Shown in pieces: positions 39,875-49,472 of a stretch of DNA of 64,000 nt. Every line of letters begins with the position of its first letter. Within the stretch, counting starts at the first letter, position 1. Where the stretch lies: positions 51,517-115,516 of the IMG/VR virus record IMGVR_UViG_3300009174_000002. One strand, written 5' to 3'. The stretch is from a virus. The notes under the pieces were generated by a model, which was not told the origin of the DNA, did not search any database, and saw nothing but the letters and a program-made list of their open reading frames with translations. Position numbers and translations under genes: made by a program.

Positions 39875-41221
39875 TTATTTTAATTCATTCGGCAAAAATC
39901 CTAATTTCTTAATTATTTCTTCTATATTATATTGTATTTCAATTTCTGTATCTGGATCTACACATTTTCCACTTGTATTTTTACCATTAATTCCAATAAT
40001 CTCATTTAAACTAAACTCGTTAAAAATAGTTTCTGAAGGGGGGAATGAAAAAAGATTATTTACTTTTAATTGTTCAATATGATAATCTCCAGGTTCAAAT
40101 ATTCTATCTAAGTTTAAACTACCATCATATAAATTATCTAGTTTAATAATTTCTTCTCTATCCTCTTGAAAATTATTAATCTGTAAATATTTACTTTCCT
40201 TTAATAAATATTTTTCAAATAATTCTGCAATATTTAGTTTTCCTGTATCAATTTCAATAGTACCATCCTCTTTTACTACTAACTGTTTATTTATTAGTTT
40301 TGGTTTAATTTCTACTTTATTATTAGGATAAACTTTTTGAAACTTCTTTTTATATTCAAGTATATCGGATTTGAATAATTTAGTCTTATCATAAATTAAT
40401 TTAATAGTTTGTTGAGGATATATTACTTCTCCAATATCAGGTATATTTATAGTATCTAATACTTCATGTCTAATTATTGAATGTTCATTATCTATCTTTT
40501 TAACTTCTGGATGAAAATTATTATGCAGTTTATTCCAAGTATAAACTAAATAGGAACCATGAGGTTCCTCATTTTCTTTGGTTTGAATGAAACTGCCACA
40601 ATAGTTTATTTCATTATTTCTAAAATTTTGCTGCATGTGTATATCACCAGCGATTACAATATTGCATTTATCAAATTCTTCAATATCTATACCTTCCGTT
40701 AAAGTAAAACCATTATCCGCTTTACAACCTTTTATAGCTCCATGATATAAACCTATTGTATAATATTTTATTCGTTCTTCTTTATTAATAAATGGTGATC
40801 TTTGATTATCTAAACAACTCCATATAGCCCAATCTATTTTATTATCAAAATTATAAATTCCAGATTCATCAATATAAATAATTTCATTAGATAAATTTTC
40901 TATATCAATTGAATTTATTACTACCTCTAATAATCCTTTTCTTTCTTTATTTTGTAAATTTACATCATGATTTCCAGGAATTATTAAAACTTTTGTAAAA
41001 AGTGAACAATCAATTAAAAACTTTCTAACAATTTCAAATTGCTCGGATGAAACATTTAGTTTTGAATCAATAACATCACCTACTATTACAAGCCAAGTAG
41101 GGTTTTCTGAACATAATATTTTTATAAATTTATCAAAAAGTGTTATATGTTCATTAAAACGTTTTGATTTGAAGATGTGCAGATCGGAAATACTGATAAT
41201 TTTTATATCTTTCAAAGTCAT
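39875..41221 (-). CDS. sbcD: SbcD/Mre11 (gp47-like) nuclease fused to the SbcC N-terminus and a split-intein N-fragment
   Basis: SDLH, VGDVID, PGNHD, YHG, AGDIH and YCGS motifs; then LKVNNLFSF...IIGINGKNTSGK (Walker A) followed by CVDPDTEIEI. Confidence 0.9.
   Translation of the reverse strand: MTLKDIKIISISDLHIFKSKRFNEHITLFDKFIKILCSENPTWLVIVGDVIDSKLNVSSEQFEIVRKFLIDCSLFTKVLIIPGNHDVNLQNKERKGLLEVVINSIDIENLSNEIIYIDESGIYNFDNKIDWAIWSCLDNQRSPFINKEERIKYYTIGLYHGAIKGCKADNGFTLTEGIDIEEFDKCNIVIAGDIHMQQNFRNNEINYCGSFIQTKENEEPHGSYLVYTWNKLHNNFHPEVKKIDNEHSIIRHEVLDTINIPDIGEVIYPQQTIKLIYDKTKLFKSDILEYKKKFQKVYPNNKVEIKPKLINKQLVVKEDGTIEIDTGKLNIAELFEKYLLKESKYLQINNFQEDREEIIKLDNLYDGSLNLDRIFEPGDYHIEQLKVNNLFSFPPSETIFNEFSLNEIIGINGKNTSGKCVDPDTEIEIQYNIEEIIKKLGFLPNELK
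39878..39964 (-). mobile_element. Split intein N-fragment (IntN, 29 aa)
   Basis: CVDPDTEIEIQYNIEEIIKKLGFLPNELK-stop directly after the Walker A Lys. Confidence 0.85.
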
Positions 41222-42138
41222 TTTCCTGTATTTATAATTAAAAATTTATAAAATAGATCTAAATATTTTCTTCTTAATCCTAACTTATCTTTACAATTAT
41301 ACTCATTCAAATCTTTATAATTTGATTTAAATAGGTGTATATTCTTTACACCATAGTTTCCTAAACTATGTAAATGTTTATTAATTAATTCATCTTCGAC
41401 TTCATCATCTAAAGCAAGTATAATATTTCTATCAAAACAAAATTCCAGTATTGCTTTATTAATATTAGTGTTTAGTAAAGGAATTGCGTTTATACCAGAA
41501 TAACAATCATATATACCTTCAGTCAAAGTAATAGGATATTCTGTATTAATAAACTGAAGGTAAGGAACAAAATTCATCCTTCCGTGATTTTTATACTTTT
41601 TAGTTGTTAAATTATGAGTAACAAAACCTTCTAAATATTTTCCTGTAATATCATATAAAGGGAATACTATATTATCAAATAATTTATGTTCTTTTGAATA
41701 TACATAACTAACTTTTCTTTCAATTAGAATATGCTCCTCAAGCTGCCTCTCTTTTAATAGATAATCTTTAACTTCATCTTTTAAATAAAAAGGAATTAAA
41801 TCTTCAGGTAATTCAATTTGATTTTCACTAATAGTATTTTCATTACTTTGTCTTCTATAACTATTTCCTTTTAATTCAGGAACTAATTGCCATAAATCTT
41901 TACTTCCATAATCTTTTAATAATCTACTTATATGCCCTGAATAATTACAGGACCAACAATGCATTAATAAATATCTATGTGAACTTTCATTAAGGTTAAT
42001 TTCTAAATTATATTTATTGCCACGATCACATTTGGGGCAGTTGTATTTTTCTTGGTAATAATTTTGTTTAGGTTGGCCTAGTGTCGGTTCTAAACATTCT
42101 CGAATTATATTTTTAATTTGAACCCTTGAGGTGTTCAT
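41218..42138 (-). CDS. DNA primase (DnaG/gp61-like)
   Basis: CPKC...HCWSC zinc finger; TOPRIM motifs TEGIYD, ALDDE and KDLNE. Confidence 0.85.
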   Translation of the reverse strand: MNTSRVQIKNIIRECLEPTLGQPKQNYYQEKYNCPKCDRGNKYNLEINLNESSHRYLLMHCWSCNYSGHISRLLKDYGSKDLWQLVPELKGNSYRRQSNENTISENQIELPEDLIPFYLKDEVKDYLLKERQLEEHILIERKVSYVYSKEHKLFDNIVFPLYDITGKYLEGFVTHNLTTKKYKNHGRMNFVPYLQFINTEYPITLTEGIYDCYSGINAIPLLNTNINKAILEFCFDRNIILALDDEVEDELINKHLHSLGNYGVKNIHLFKSNYKDLNEYNCKDKLGLRRKYLDLFYKFLIINTGK

Positions 42139-42718
42139 ATTTATTTTTTAAAAAAGCCAGCCCTAGGACATAGGCATCCGACATATCCTTACATTCATCC
42201 AAATATATTTCTAAACCCTTCCTTGGACCTATTTTTATTGTTTTAGTAGGAAAAAACTTCTTATCAATTATCTCGATTACTTTTTCAAAAACATAATCCT
42301 TTTGTTTTTGTTTGGTTAATCTAGTTTCTTTGAAAATCTTTGGAAATACTAAACCTCTGGCTTTTAGTACATTAATTTCAGTAGGTTGAATATAAAACTT
42401 AAATTTCATGAGATATTGACAAATATAATTGAGTTGGGCTAAAACTAAAATATTATCTGCACTACTTCTTCCACCTTGAAACTTTTTTAATCTTTCTTCA
42501 ATTACAAAATGTCTAATTGAATAAGATTTAAATAGATTTTCAATATATTGTTCCAAAAGTCTGCCTTTGTTTAAAAGATCTTTTTCGCCTTCTTGATATT
42601 TGAAATAAAATAGACTTATTAGTTCTTCTGAATCTATATCGAAAATAGCTGTGCCTATGGTAGTTGAACTTAAATCAAAAGCTAATAAAAAATTTCCTGT
42701 CTTATATTCTCCATACAT
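42113..42718 (-). CDS. RuvC-like Holliday junction resolvase
   Basis: LAFDLSSTTIG, FVIEE and DMSDA acidic residues. Confidence 0.75.
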   Translation of the reverse strand: MYGEYKTGNFLLAFDLSSTTIGTAIFDIDSEELISLFYFKYQEGEKDLLNKGRLLEQYIENLFKSYSIRHFVIEERLKKFQGGRSSADNILVLAQLNYICQYLMKFKFYIQPTEINVLKARGLVFPKIFKETRLTKQKQKDYVFEKVIEIIDKKFFPTKTIKIGPRKGLEIYLDECKDMSDAYVLGLAFLKNKYEHLKGSN

Positions 42719-42975
42719 TAAAAATCTTTAGTAGTATATGTTATAGTAGGCCAATAAGAAGGATTATAAGGTATATAGGGGAAAGTCCAGGGTTGATTAA
42801 TTGTTGGATAATGATTATGTATCTCTTTTAACAAAATCAAAGCCTCCTGTAAACTTATTTGTTTTTCATGTAAAAGTCTTTCTACTATTGATTCTTTGGT
42901 AGGAGTAATAGCATAATTAACGTTATATGAATTAAAATTTAAATTGTCTCCAGTAGTGGTAGTATGTGTATTCAT
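42718..42975 (-). CDS. Hypothetical protein
   Basis: 85-aa ORF in the operon. Confidence 0.65.
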   Translation of the reverse strand: MNTHTTTTGDNLNFNSYNVNYAITPTKESIVERLLHEKQISLQEALILLKEIHNHYPTINQPWTFPYIPYNPSYWPTITYTTKDF

Positions 42976-43124
42976 TTATAAAATTTAAATTGATTTTTTA
43001 ATTGTAATTGATTTTTTATTTTTATTTGTTGTGAAGTGAGATTACAATTTATCTCTTTTAATTTTACGTTTTTTAATTTTTCTTCTAAAATAGCTTTTTC
43101 AGTTTTTTTCTTTCTTCTTTTCAT
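42972..43124 (-). CDS. Small basic hypothetical protein (50 aa, not in the ORF track)
   Basis: MKRRKKKTEKAILEEKL...; ATGA overlaps with both neighbours. Confidence 0.5.
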   Translation of the reverse strand: MKRRKKKTEKAILEEKLKNVKLKEINCNLTSQQIKIKNQLQLKNQFKFYK

Positions 43125-43546
43125 GATAAGTTATTTTTAGGCTTACTTAAAGAATCCGCAAAAGTGTTATTTTCTCGTTTAATCCATTTTATACTAATAT
43201 TTTTAAATTTTTTTAACTTTTCTTTTGCTTGTTCAGCATAAGGTACATATGCGCCCTTTTTAATTCTATAAAATCCATTTAGTTGTTGTACTACTAACAT
43301 AGAATCACCTTGAATTACTATTTCTTCTTTTTCTAAACCTAATTCAAGTAATTTATTTAAAACCCATAATATTGCCTTATATTCTGCCATATTATTTGTA
43401 TTTGAAGGTCTTGCTTTTTCAGTATAAGAACATTGTTCAACTAAATATGTACCTCCCTCAAAAATTGCCGCACCAATTCCTAAATTGCCGCCGGGATTTC
43501 TTGGTTCACATGAACCATCAAATACACAATAATAAACCTTTTTCAT
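43121..43546 (-). CDS. rnhA: Ribonuclease HI
   Basis: FDGS..NPG, TNNMAEY, GDSMLVV.Q and RENN..ADSLS; ATG start at 43546 preferred. Confidence 0.9.
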   Translation of the reverse strand: MKKVYYCVFDGSCEPRNPGGNLGIGAAIFEGGTYLVEQCSYTEKARPSNTNNMAEYKAILWVLNKLLELGLEKEEIVIQGDSMLVVQQLNGFYRIKKGAYVPYAEQAKEKLKKFKNISIKWIKRENNTFADSLSKPKNNLS

Positions 43547-43573
43547 TTTTTTAGTAATGTTTTTTGGTTTCAA

Positions 43574-44300
43574 ACATTAAAATAATAATTTTAGAACAAT
43601 AAATTAAATTTCTACTTCTTTTAGATATTTATTATATTAAATATATCATTCTAGACTTCATTTACTTTTTTATTTTTTAGATTTTTTTTACAATTAAAAA
43701 AAGGTTTTAAGTGATTTTATCCTGTCGTTATATGTTACTTAAATACGACTTAATAAAAAGTTCAGTAAATAAATCTAGTTCTTTTATTTGAAAGTTTGGA
43801 ATAACTTGAGGAACGAACATACTTTTGGCCAAAATTCCGCTCTGTCTTGAACGCTTTGACAACGGGAGACTTCAAAATATTAAAAATCTAAAATCTGGGT
43901 GAGGTATAGGCCCGCGGCTAAAAGATACTATATATAGAAACACAGTTAGTTCTATTGGAGGTAGTTATGATTTAGTTTACGATAGATAAAGACAAAGTAA
44001 CATTTTTCTTGTCTTTATAATTAAAATCAAAAAAATTCTTTGATATTAGTACTTTTTGTAAAATTTACAAGAAATTGTATATAAACTTATGTATTTATTT
44101 TATAGAATAGAATAGAATTTAATAAAATATTTACTAAATAAGTACTAGTATAGTTCGCTGAAGATTTTTTTGATGGAGATAAAAAGCGCCTTCTGTTTAA
44201 TTAAACTTAATTAGATGTCTGTTTAAAAAAATATTCTATTTTATGATAATTATTTTGATTTTATTTTAAATTTACTTAGTTTTACTAATAAAGATTAACT
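43574..44300. other. Longest non-coding interval, at the main strand switch; several hairpins (candidate origin or ncRNA)
   Basis: No ORF of 60 aa or more; GC-richer core at about 43800-43920; inverted repeats ttttggccaaaa and ataaagacaa/ttgtctttat. Confidence 0.35.
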
Positions 44301-44423
44301 TATGAATTCTTTTTTAAAGATTCTATTTTTACCAATATTAGTATTCTTTTTACCTATTATCATTTTATTCAATCTAGGTATTATTCCTTTTAATTTTATT
44401 CAAATCTTTATAAAATCAAAAAA

Positions 44424-44840
44424 ATGAAGTTAGTATTTATAATATCAACTTTTATATTATTTTCAAATTGCGATATCAAAATTAAATATAATCAAGATAA
44501 GAAAATAGATTTACCGCCCGACTCACCCGCAACGGGAATCATTTCAAAACAAGATTATGAAAAAATCAAGAATAAAGTTGAAGATGTAATTAAAGATACT
44601 AAAAAGGAATTAGATAATGATTTAAAAAAAGATCCAGAAATAAAATGTGAAACAGAAGTAAAATATCTTAATGATCATTATGTATTAGAAATTTATGGTT
44701 GGAACCATAATGAAATTGTATATAGTGCTAGAATTTCAGGATCATTTGATGATATTAAAAATGCTAAATTAAAAGAAATTAAAAAATGTGAAGAAGTAAT
44801 TTATAGTAAGGCGGTACAAAAATTAAAAGAATTACAATAA
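44424..44840 (+). CDS. Predicted lipoprotein or secreted protein
   Basis: MKLVFIISTFILFSN-C. Confidence 0.6.
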   Translation: MKLVFIISTFILFSNCDIKIKYNQDKKIDLPPDSPATGIISKQDYEKIKNKVEDVIKDTKKELDNDLKKDPEIKCETEVKYLNDHYVLEIYGWNHNEIVYSARISGSFDDIKNAKLKEIKKCEEVIYSKAVQKLKELQ

Positions 44841-44852
44841 GTAATTTAAAAA

Positions 44853-45155
44853 ATGAAGAATTCAAATTTAATAATTTCACTTAGTTTATTTAGCCTAGTT
44901 ATATCTATTTTAACAATGATAATGGCAACTTATGATTCTAAAATGGAAGGAAAAAGATTTCAAAATTATCTTCTAATTGAAAAATATTCAAATGAATTAA
45001 TTGAATTAAGATCTAATCCAGATAATATCAAATATGATACCGTTCAACATAAAGATTATGTAGTAATTATACCAGTAGATAAAAACCCTAGATCAATAGA
45101 TTTAGTATCGTTGGTAGATTCTTTATGCAAGGAGCAAATTAAACTTACAAAATGA
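44853..45155 (+). CDS. Membrane-anchored hypothetical protein
   Basis: N-terminal hydrophobic helix. Confidence 0.6.
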   Translation: MKNSNLIISLSLFSLVISILTMIMATYDSKMEGKRFQNYLLIEKYSNELIELRSNPDNIKYDTVQHKDYVVIIPVDKNPRSIDLVSLVDSLCKEQIKLTK

Positions 45156-45352
45156 TAGTACAATATAAAATTCTACAAGATTATAATACTTTTTATTTAT
45201 CCATTGCCAAGGGAGAAATAGGAATGAATTTCAATGATGATAATTTATTTTATTTTAAAACCAGAGAAGGAAAAAAATATTTCTTCTCTAAAGGTATTAT
45301 AGATAGATATCCAAATTGGTTTGAATTAGTAGAAGAACAAAAACAAAATTAA
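45152..45352 (+). CDS. Hypothetical protein
   Basis: 66-aa ORF with ATGA overlap. Confidence 0.6.
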   Translation: MIVQYKILQDYNTFYLSIAKGEIGMNFNDDNLFYFKTREGKKYFFSKGIIDRYPNWFELVEEQKQN

Positions 45353-45353
45353 T

Positions 45354-46115
45354 ATGCCAAAAACATTAATAGAACAAAAGCCAGATTTTAGTAAAAAAGT
45401 AAAAGGTGGAAATAAGTTGGCAATCGCTGAATGGTTCTTGGATACTATCCAGGGAGAGGGTATTAATATAGGAACGCCTTCTTCTTTTATAAGATTACAG
45501 GGATGCACGCTTTCCTGTGTCTGGTGTGACACGTTGGATGTTTGGCCTTATGGAAATGAATATAGTTTTGAAGAGATGTTTAAATTAATTGAAGAATCAA
45601 ATCTACAAGCAAAATTATTATCAAATAATTATCATCTAATTTTAACAGGTGGTAGTCCATTAAAACAGCAAGTTCAGTTAGTAGAATTTATTGAGGAATT
45701 TAAAATTAGATATGGATTTAAACCTTATATTGAATTAGAAAATGAAGCAGTATTAATGCCCTCAAGAGATATTATTCCATTAATAGATTGTTGGAATAAT
45801 TCACCTAAATTGAATAATTCTGGTATGAAAGAAAGAGTTAGATATAAACCAGAAATTTTAAAATCAACCGCATCATTAAATAACTCTTGGTTTAAGTTTG
45901 TCATTCAAAACGAAAATGATTGGAATGAGATTAAAAAAGATTTTATTGATACAGATATTATAAATAGAGAACAAATTATTTTAATGCCTGAAGGACAAAC
46001 TCAAGATGAATTGTCTAAAACCAGAGAATTAGTAGCAGATATTGTAATAAGAGAACAAGTATTATTTACCGACCGACTTCACGTTACGATTTGGAATCGT
46101 AAAACAGGTGTCTAA
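45354..46115 (+). CDS. queE: 7-carboxy-7-deazaguanine synthase (QueE-like radical SAM enzyme)
   Basis: TIQGEG..GTPS.FIRLQGCTLSCVWCDT (CxxxCxxC), LTGG.P, SPKL, KFV, LMPEG and RLH..IW. Confidence 0.88.
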   Translation: MPKTLIEQKPDFSKKVKGGNKLAIAEWFLDTIQGEGINIGTPSSFIRLQGCTLSCVWCDTLDVWPYGNEYSFEEMFKLIEESNLQAKLLSNNYHLILTGGSPLKQQVQLVEFIEEFKIRYGFKPYIELENEAVLMPSRDIIPLIDCWNNSPKLNNSGMKERVRYKPEILKSTASLNNSWFKFVIQNENDWNEIKKDFIDTDIINREQIILMPEGQTQDELSKTRELVADIVIREQVLFTDRLHVTIWNRKTGV

Positions 46116-46145
46116 TATTTATTTAAATCTTATAAAAAAATTAAA

Positions 46146-46337
46146 ATGAGGAGTGGAAGTATAACTTATTTATTATTAGGATTATATGCAGTTATGATAA
46201 ATTGGTATTATAATCATAATGTTATAGATGTAATATTATCCTATATATTTTCGCCTTTTTATTTAATATATGCTGTATTGAATGGCAATCTTTCTCATGG
46301 AATGTGGTATGAAATACCTAATAGTTATTTTAGATAA
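46146..46337 (+). CDS. Small membrane protein
   Basis: Two hydrophobic segments. Confidence 0.6.
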   Translation: MRSGSITYLLLGLYAVMINWYYNHNVIDVILSYIFSPFYLIYAVLNGNLSHGMWYEIPNSYFR

Positions 46338-46568
46338 ATGAATTTAACAAAAGAAGGAAAGGAAGAAATATGGAAAGGTATAGAATGGAAATCTTATCCC
46401 GATAGACCTAAAGGAGGACAACAAGTAGGTATAGGGATTAGAGGGGTTACATTAAAACATCCAGAATTTTCTTTTGAAATTTCTATAGGTGAATTTAGAA
46501 GTCAAAGCCAAAATAAAGAAATGTGTCTAACTTTATTTGAATTATTTTTGGGTGAATTATTAAAATAA
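46338..46568 (+). CDS. Hypothetical protein
   Basis: Contains GGQ (PKGGQQVG), reminiscent of the release-factor loop; weak. Confidence 0.55.
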   Translation: MNLTKEGKEEIWKGIEWKSYPDRPKGGQQVGIGIRGVTLKHPEFSFEISIGEFRSQSQNKEMCLTLFELFLGELLK

Positions 46569-46603
46569 ATTCATATTTAAGTATTAAATCATTTCAATTA
46601 TGA

Positions 46604-48025
46604 ATGTCTAATCCATTTGATTTAACCAACCAAGAAATAAGTAATACTTATCAGCGTTTAATTCAAATAAATATTGATGATAATACTTATTATGATGGAT
46701 TAGGCAACCCTCTTACAATAAGCAGTACTAGCGGATATTCAGGATATTCCGGCTTCTCAGGATATAGTGGATATTCTGGTTATAGCGGAATATCAGGATA
46801 CTCAGGATTTTCAGGTTATAGTGGTAATATCGGCAATCCGGGAACCTCTGGATATAGCGGATTCTCAGGCGCAGGTTCTTCTGGATTTAGTGGATATTCC
46901 GGAAATTCTACATCTGGATATTCAGGCTATAGCGGTTTAGGAGGAATTTCTGGTTATAGTGGTTACTCAGGATATTCTGGAACTACAGGAGGACAAGGAA
47001 CCTCAGGATATAGTGGTTATAGTGGTCCAGGAGGTTCTATAGGTGCCAGTGGATATTCTGGCTATTCCGGGGTTGGAATTAGTGGTTATAGTGGCTTTAG
47101 TGGAAGTTCTATTTCAGGATATTCTGGATTTTCAGGAATATCCGGATTTAGTGGCTATTCAGGACTAGATGGAATTGGAACTAGTGGATACTCAGGATTT
47201 TCAGGAAATAGTATTTCTGGATTTAGTGGATTTTCTGGAACAAATGGAACATCTGGATATTCAGGTTATAGTGGTTATTCTGGTTACTCGGGAATAACTG
47301 GCACATCAGGTTATAGCGGGTATAGTGGTCCAGGAGGGATACAAGGGACTTCTGGATATAGTGGATATTCAGGATTAGATGGATCAGTAGGACAAAGCGG
47401 TTATTCAGGATATTCTGGTGTACAAGGAAGTATAGGAACTAGTGGATATTCCGGTTATAGTGGTATTACTGGTAGTACAGGATTAGATGGATCCTCTGGG
47501 TATTCTGGTTACTCTGGAATTAGTGGTTATAGTGGATTTAGTGGTCTTACTGGCGATACAGGATTAACTGGATTGTCTGGCTTTAGTGGATACTCAGGTA
47601 GTAATGGATCAGTAGGTAATTCTGGTTTTAGCGGTTATAGTGGGTACTCGGGAATTTCAGGTTATTCGGGATTTTCCGGAATAAGTGGCTACTCTGGTTA
47701 TTCCGGAAAATCAGGATATTCTGGATTCTCTGGTTTATCTGGATATTCAGGTTATAGTGGTATATCTGGATACAGTGGATATTCGGGTATTAGTGGTTAT
47801 TCAGGGTATTCAGGCTTATCTGGTTATTCTGGATTTAGTGGTATAAGTGGATTTAGCGGAGCTAACCCTGGAGCTTCTGGATACTCAGGATTTTCAGGTG
47901 TGAGTGGGTTTAGCGGTGCCAATCCTGGTGCTTCAGGGTATAGTGGATATTCAGGTACATTTAGCTACGGAAAAGTATTTGTAACAGAATTAAATTCAAA
48001 TAGTTTATTATCAATTTTACCATAA
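46604..48025 (+). CDS. Ser-Gly-Tyr/Phe repeat, collagen-like fibre protein
   Basis: About 400 aa of mostly Gly-every-third-residue (SGY/SGF/SGI) repeats. Confidence 0.8.
   Translation: MSNPFDLTNQEISNTYQRLIQINIDDNTYYDGLGNPLTISSTSGYSGYSGFSGYSGYSGYSGISGYSGFSGYSGNIGNPGTSGYSGFSGAGSSGFSGYSGNSTSGYSGYSGLGGISGYSGYSGYSGTTGGQGTSGYSGYSGPGGSIGASGYSGYSGVGISGYSGFSGSSISGYSGFSGISGFSGYSGLDGIGTSGYSGFSGNSISGFSGFSGTNGTSGYSGYSGYSGYSGITGTSGYSGYSGPGGIQGTSGYSGYSGLDGSVGQSGYSGYSGVQGSIGTSGYSGYSGITGSTGLDGSSGYSGYSGISGYSGFSGLTGDTGLTGLSGFSGYSGSNGSVGNSGFSGYSGYSGISGYSGFSGISGYSGYSGKSGYSGFSGLSGYSGYSGISGYSGYSGISGYSGYSGLSGYSGFSGISGFSGANPGASGYSGFSGVSGFSGANPGASGYSGYSGTFSYGKVFVTELNSNSLLSILP
46730..47958 (+). repeat. Coding 9-bp-period tandem repeat (Ser-Gly-X)
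   Basis: Degenerate tcNggNtaY / agYggNttY units with extensive synonymous variation. Confidence 0.85.
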
Positions 48026-48037
48026 AAAATAAAATAA

Positions 48038-48460
48038 ATGGCAGCAAATACAGCGCCTATATTTCCATTAACACCAAACATTGGAGGCATCGGTAATGCC
48101 GCATTACTTACAGCCAATACAGCCGCAGATGGTACAGGTACAGTAAGTACTGTTTTTACGGCAGGAACAAATGGAAGTTGGGTACAAAAAGTTAGATTTA
48201 GAGCAGCAGCTGGTGGAAATAATATTCAAACAGTGGCTAGAGTTTTTTTAAATAATGGAAGTACAAATGCCACCGCTACAAATAATATTCAATTATCAGA
48301 AATAACCTTACCAGCCACTACTTCAAGTTCTAATTCTGCAATAACAGATATAGATTTAGTTTTAAATATACCCATTCCAGCAGGATATAAAATAAATGTA
48401 GTTATTGGTACAACCGTTGCTACAGGTTATTATATAACAGGATGGGGAGGTGATTATTAA
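48038..48460 (+). CDS. Small beta-rich virion/fibre-associated protein
   Basis: Rich in Ala, Thr, Gly and Asn; follows the fibre gene; ends GGDY. Confidence 0.6.
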   Translation: MAANTAPIFPLTPNIGGIGNAALLTANTAADGTGTVSTVFTAGTNGSWVQKVRFRAAAGGNNIQTVARVFLNNGSTNATATNNIQLSEITLPATTSSSNSAITDIDLVLNIPIPAGYKINVVIGTTVATGYYITGWGGDY

Positions 48461-48489
48461 TTTTTTAAACTTAAAAAATATAAATAAAT

Positions 48490-49386
48490 ATGTTTTATTT
48501 TCCGGATCAAAGTTTGTATAACACTTCAGTATTTAATCCACACGGATCAGGTGATTGGGATATATGGACAAAACCAAAAGGAATTTCTGTGGTTTATATG
48601 ATTGGAATAGGTGTTGGAGGAGGAGGTGCTGGAGGATTTGCTGGAGCAGCTGGTGGACAAAGAGGCGGAGGGGGAGGCGGAGGAAGTGGAGCAATAAATA
48701 AAATTCTTATTCCAGCCATTTTTTTGCCAGATATATTATGGGTTAGAGCAGGCGCTGGAGGCGCTGGAGGTGGAAGTAGTTCAAATGCTTCTAGTGGAGG
48801 AACTTCTATAGTATCTAGACAACCAAATTCAACAGCTCAAAATATTGTTTTAAATATAAATGGTGGATCAGGCGGTTCCACTGGGACAGCTAGTGCTGGA
48901 GGAAGTGCTGGTGGAGGAGGCGGTACTGATAATTCTAACGTAGCCTTACATAGTTTAGGAATATTTACTTCTTTACCTGGAATTAGTGGTGGAGCAGGCG
49001 GAGCTAGTGGAGCTGGTACAGCAGGAATCGTAATAAATGGATTAATATTAGCTGGTGGGGCAGGAGGGGGAGGAGTTACCTCTGGAAATAGTAATGGGGC
49101 AGGGGGAGGAATGAATTCAGTAGGAGGAGGTACTCAATGGATAAATTTATCTGGAGGAACAGCAGGAGGAGGTAGAGGCATAGATGGTTTATCATTTTAT
49201 AAATTTGGAAGCGATGTTTTTTATAGTTCAGGTGGAACAGGAGGAGGTGCTAGTGGAGCTAGCGGAACGGGAGGAGCAGGAGGAAATGGAGGAATTGGTT
49301 CTGGAGGTGGCGGTGGAGGAGCAGGAGTTACAGGAGGTACAGGAGGAACTGGTGGGCCAGGTATGATTTATATAATTTGTTGGTAA
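48490..49386 (+). CDS. Glycine-rich tail/fibre-associated protein
   Basis: WTKPKG...IGVGGGGAGG...GGGGGGSG and a terminal GGPGMIYIICW. Confidence 0.7.
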   Translation: MFYFPDQSLYNTSVFNPHGSGDWDIWTKPKGISVVYMIGIGVGGGGAGGFAGAAGGQRGGGGGGGSGAINKILIPAIFLPDILWVRAGAGGAGGGSSSNASSGGTSIVSRQPNSTAQNIVLNINGGSGGSTGTASAGGSAGGGGGTDNSNVALHSLGIFTSLPGISGGAGGASGAGTAGIVINGLILAGGAGGGGVTSGNSNGAGGGMNSVGGGTQWINLSGGTAGGGRGIDGLSFYKFGSDVFYSSGGTGGGASGASGTGGAGGNGGIGSGGGGGGAGVTGGTGGTGGPGMIYIICW

Positions 49387-49472
49387 TAGTAAATTTATTT
49401 AGAACAAATTGTTTATTTAGTTTATTAAGGAGATATTTTCTAATTAATTTTAAAAAAATATCTCCTATTTTT

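Noticed and set aside
43800-43930. tRNA or tmRNA in the GC-richer intergenic core
   Set aside because: I could not find a cloverleaf, a T-loop GTTCRA or a CCA end by eye.
46338-46568. Peptidyl-tRNA hydrolase or release-factor mimic based on GGQ
   Set aside because: A three-residue match in a 76-aa ORF is not enough without a profile search.
46730-47958. Repeat region as a CRISPR array or satellite
   Set aside because: It is an in-frame 9-bp-period coding repeat with no constant repeat plus unique spacer structure.
49377-49472. Extended N-terminus of the GT fusion as given in the ORF track
   Set aside because: It overlaps the upstream gene and a hairpin (49428-49466); the GT2 motif starts right after the ATG at 49473.
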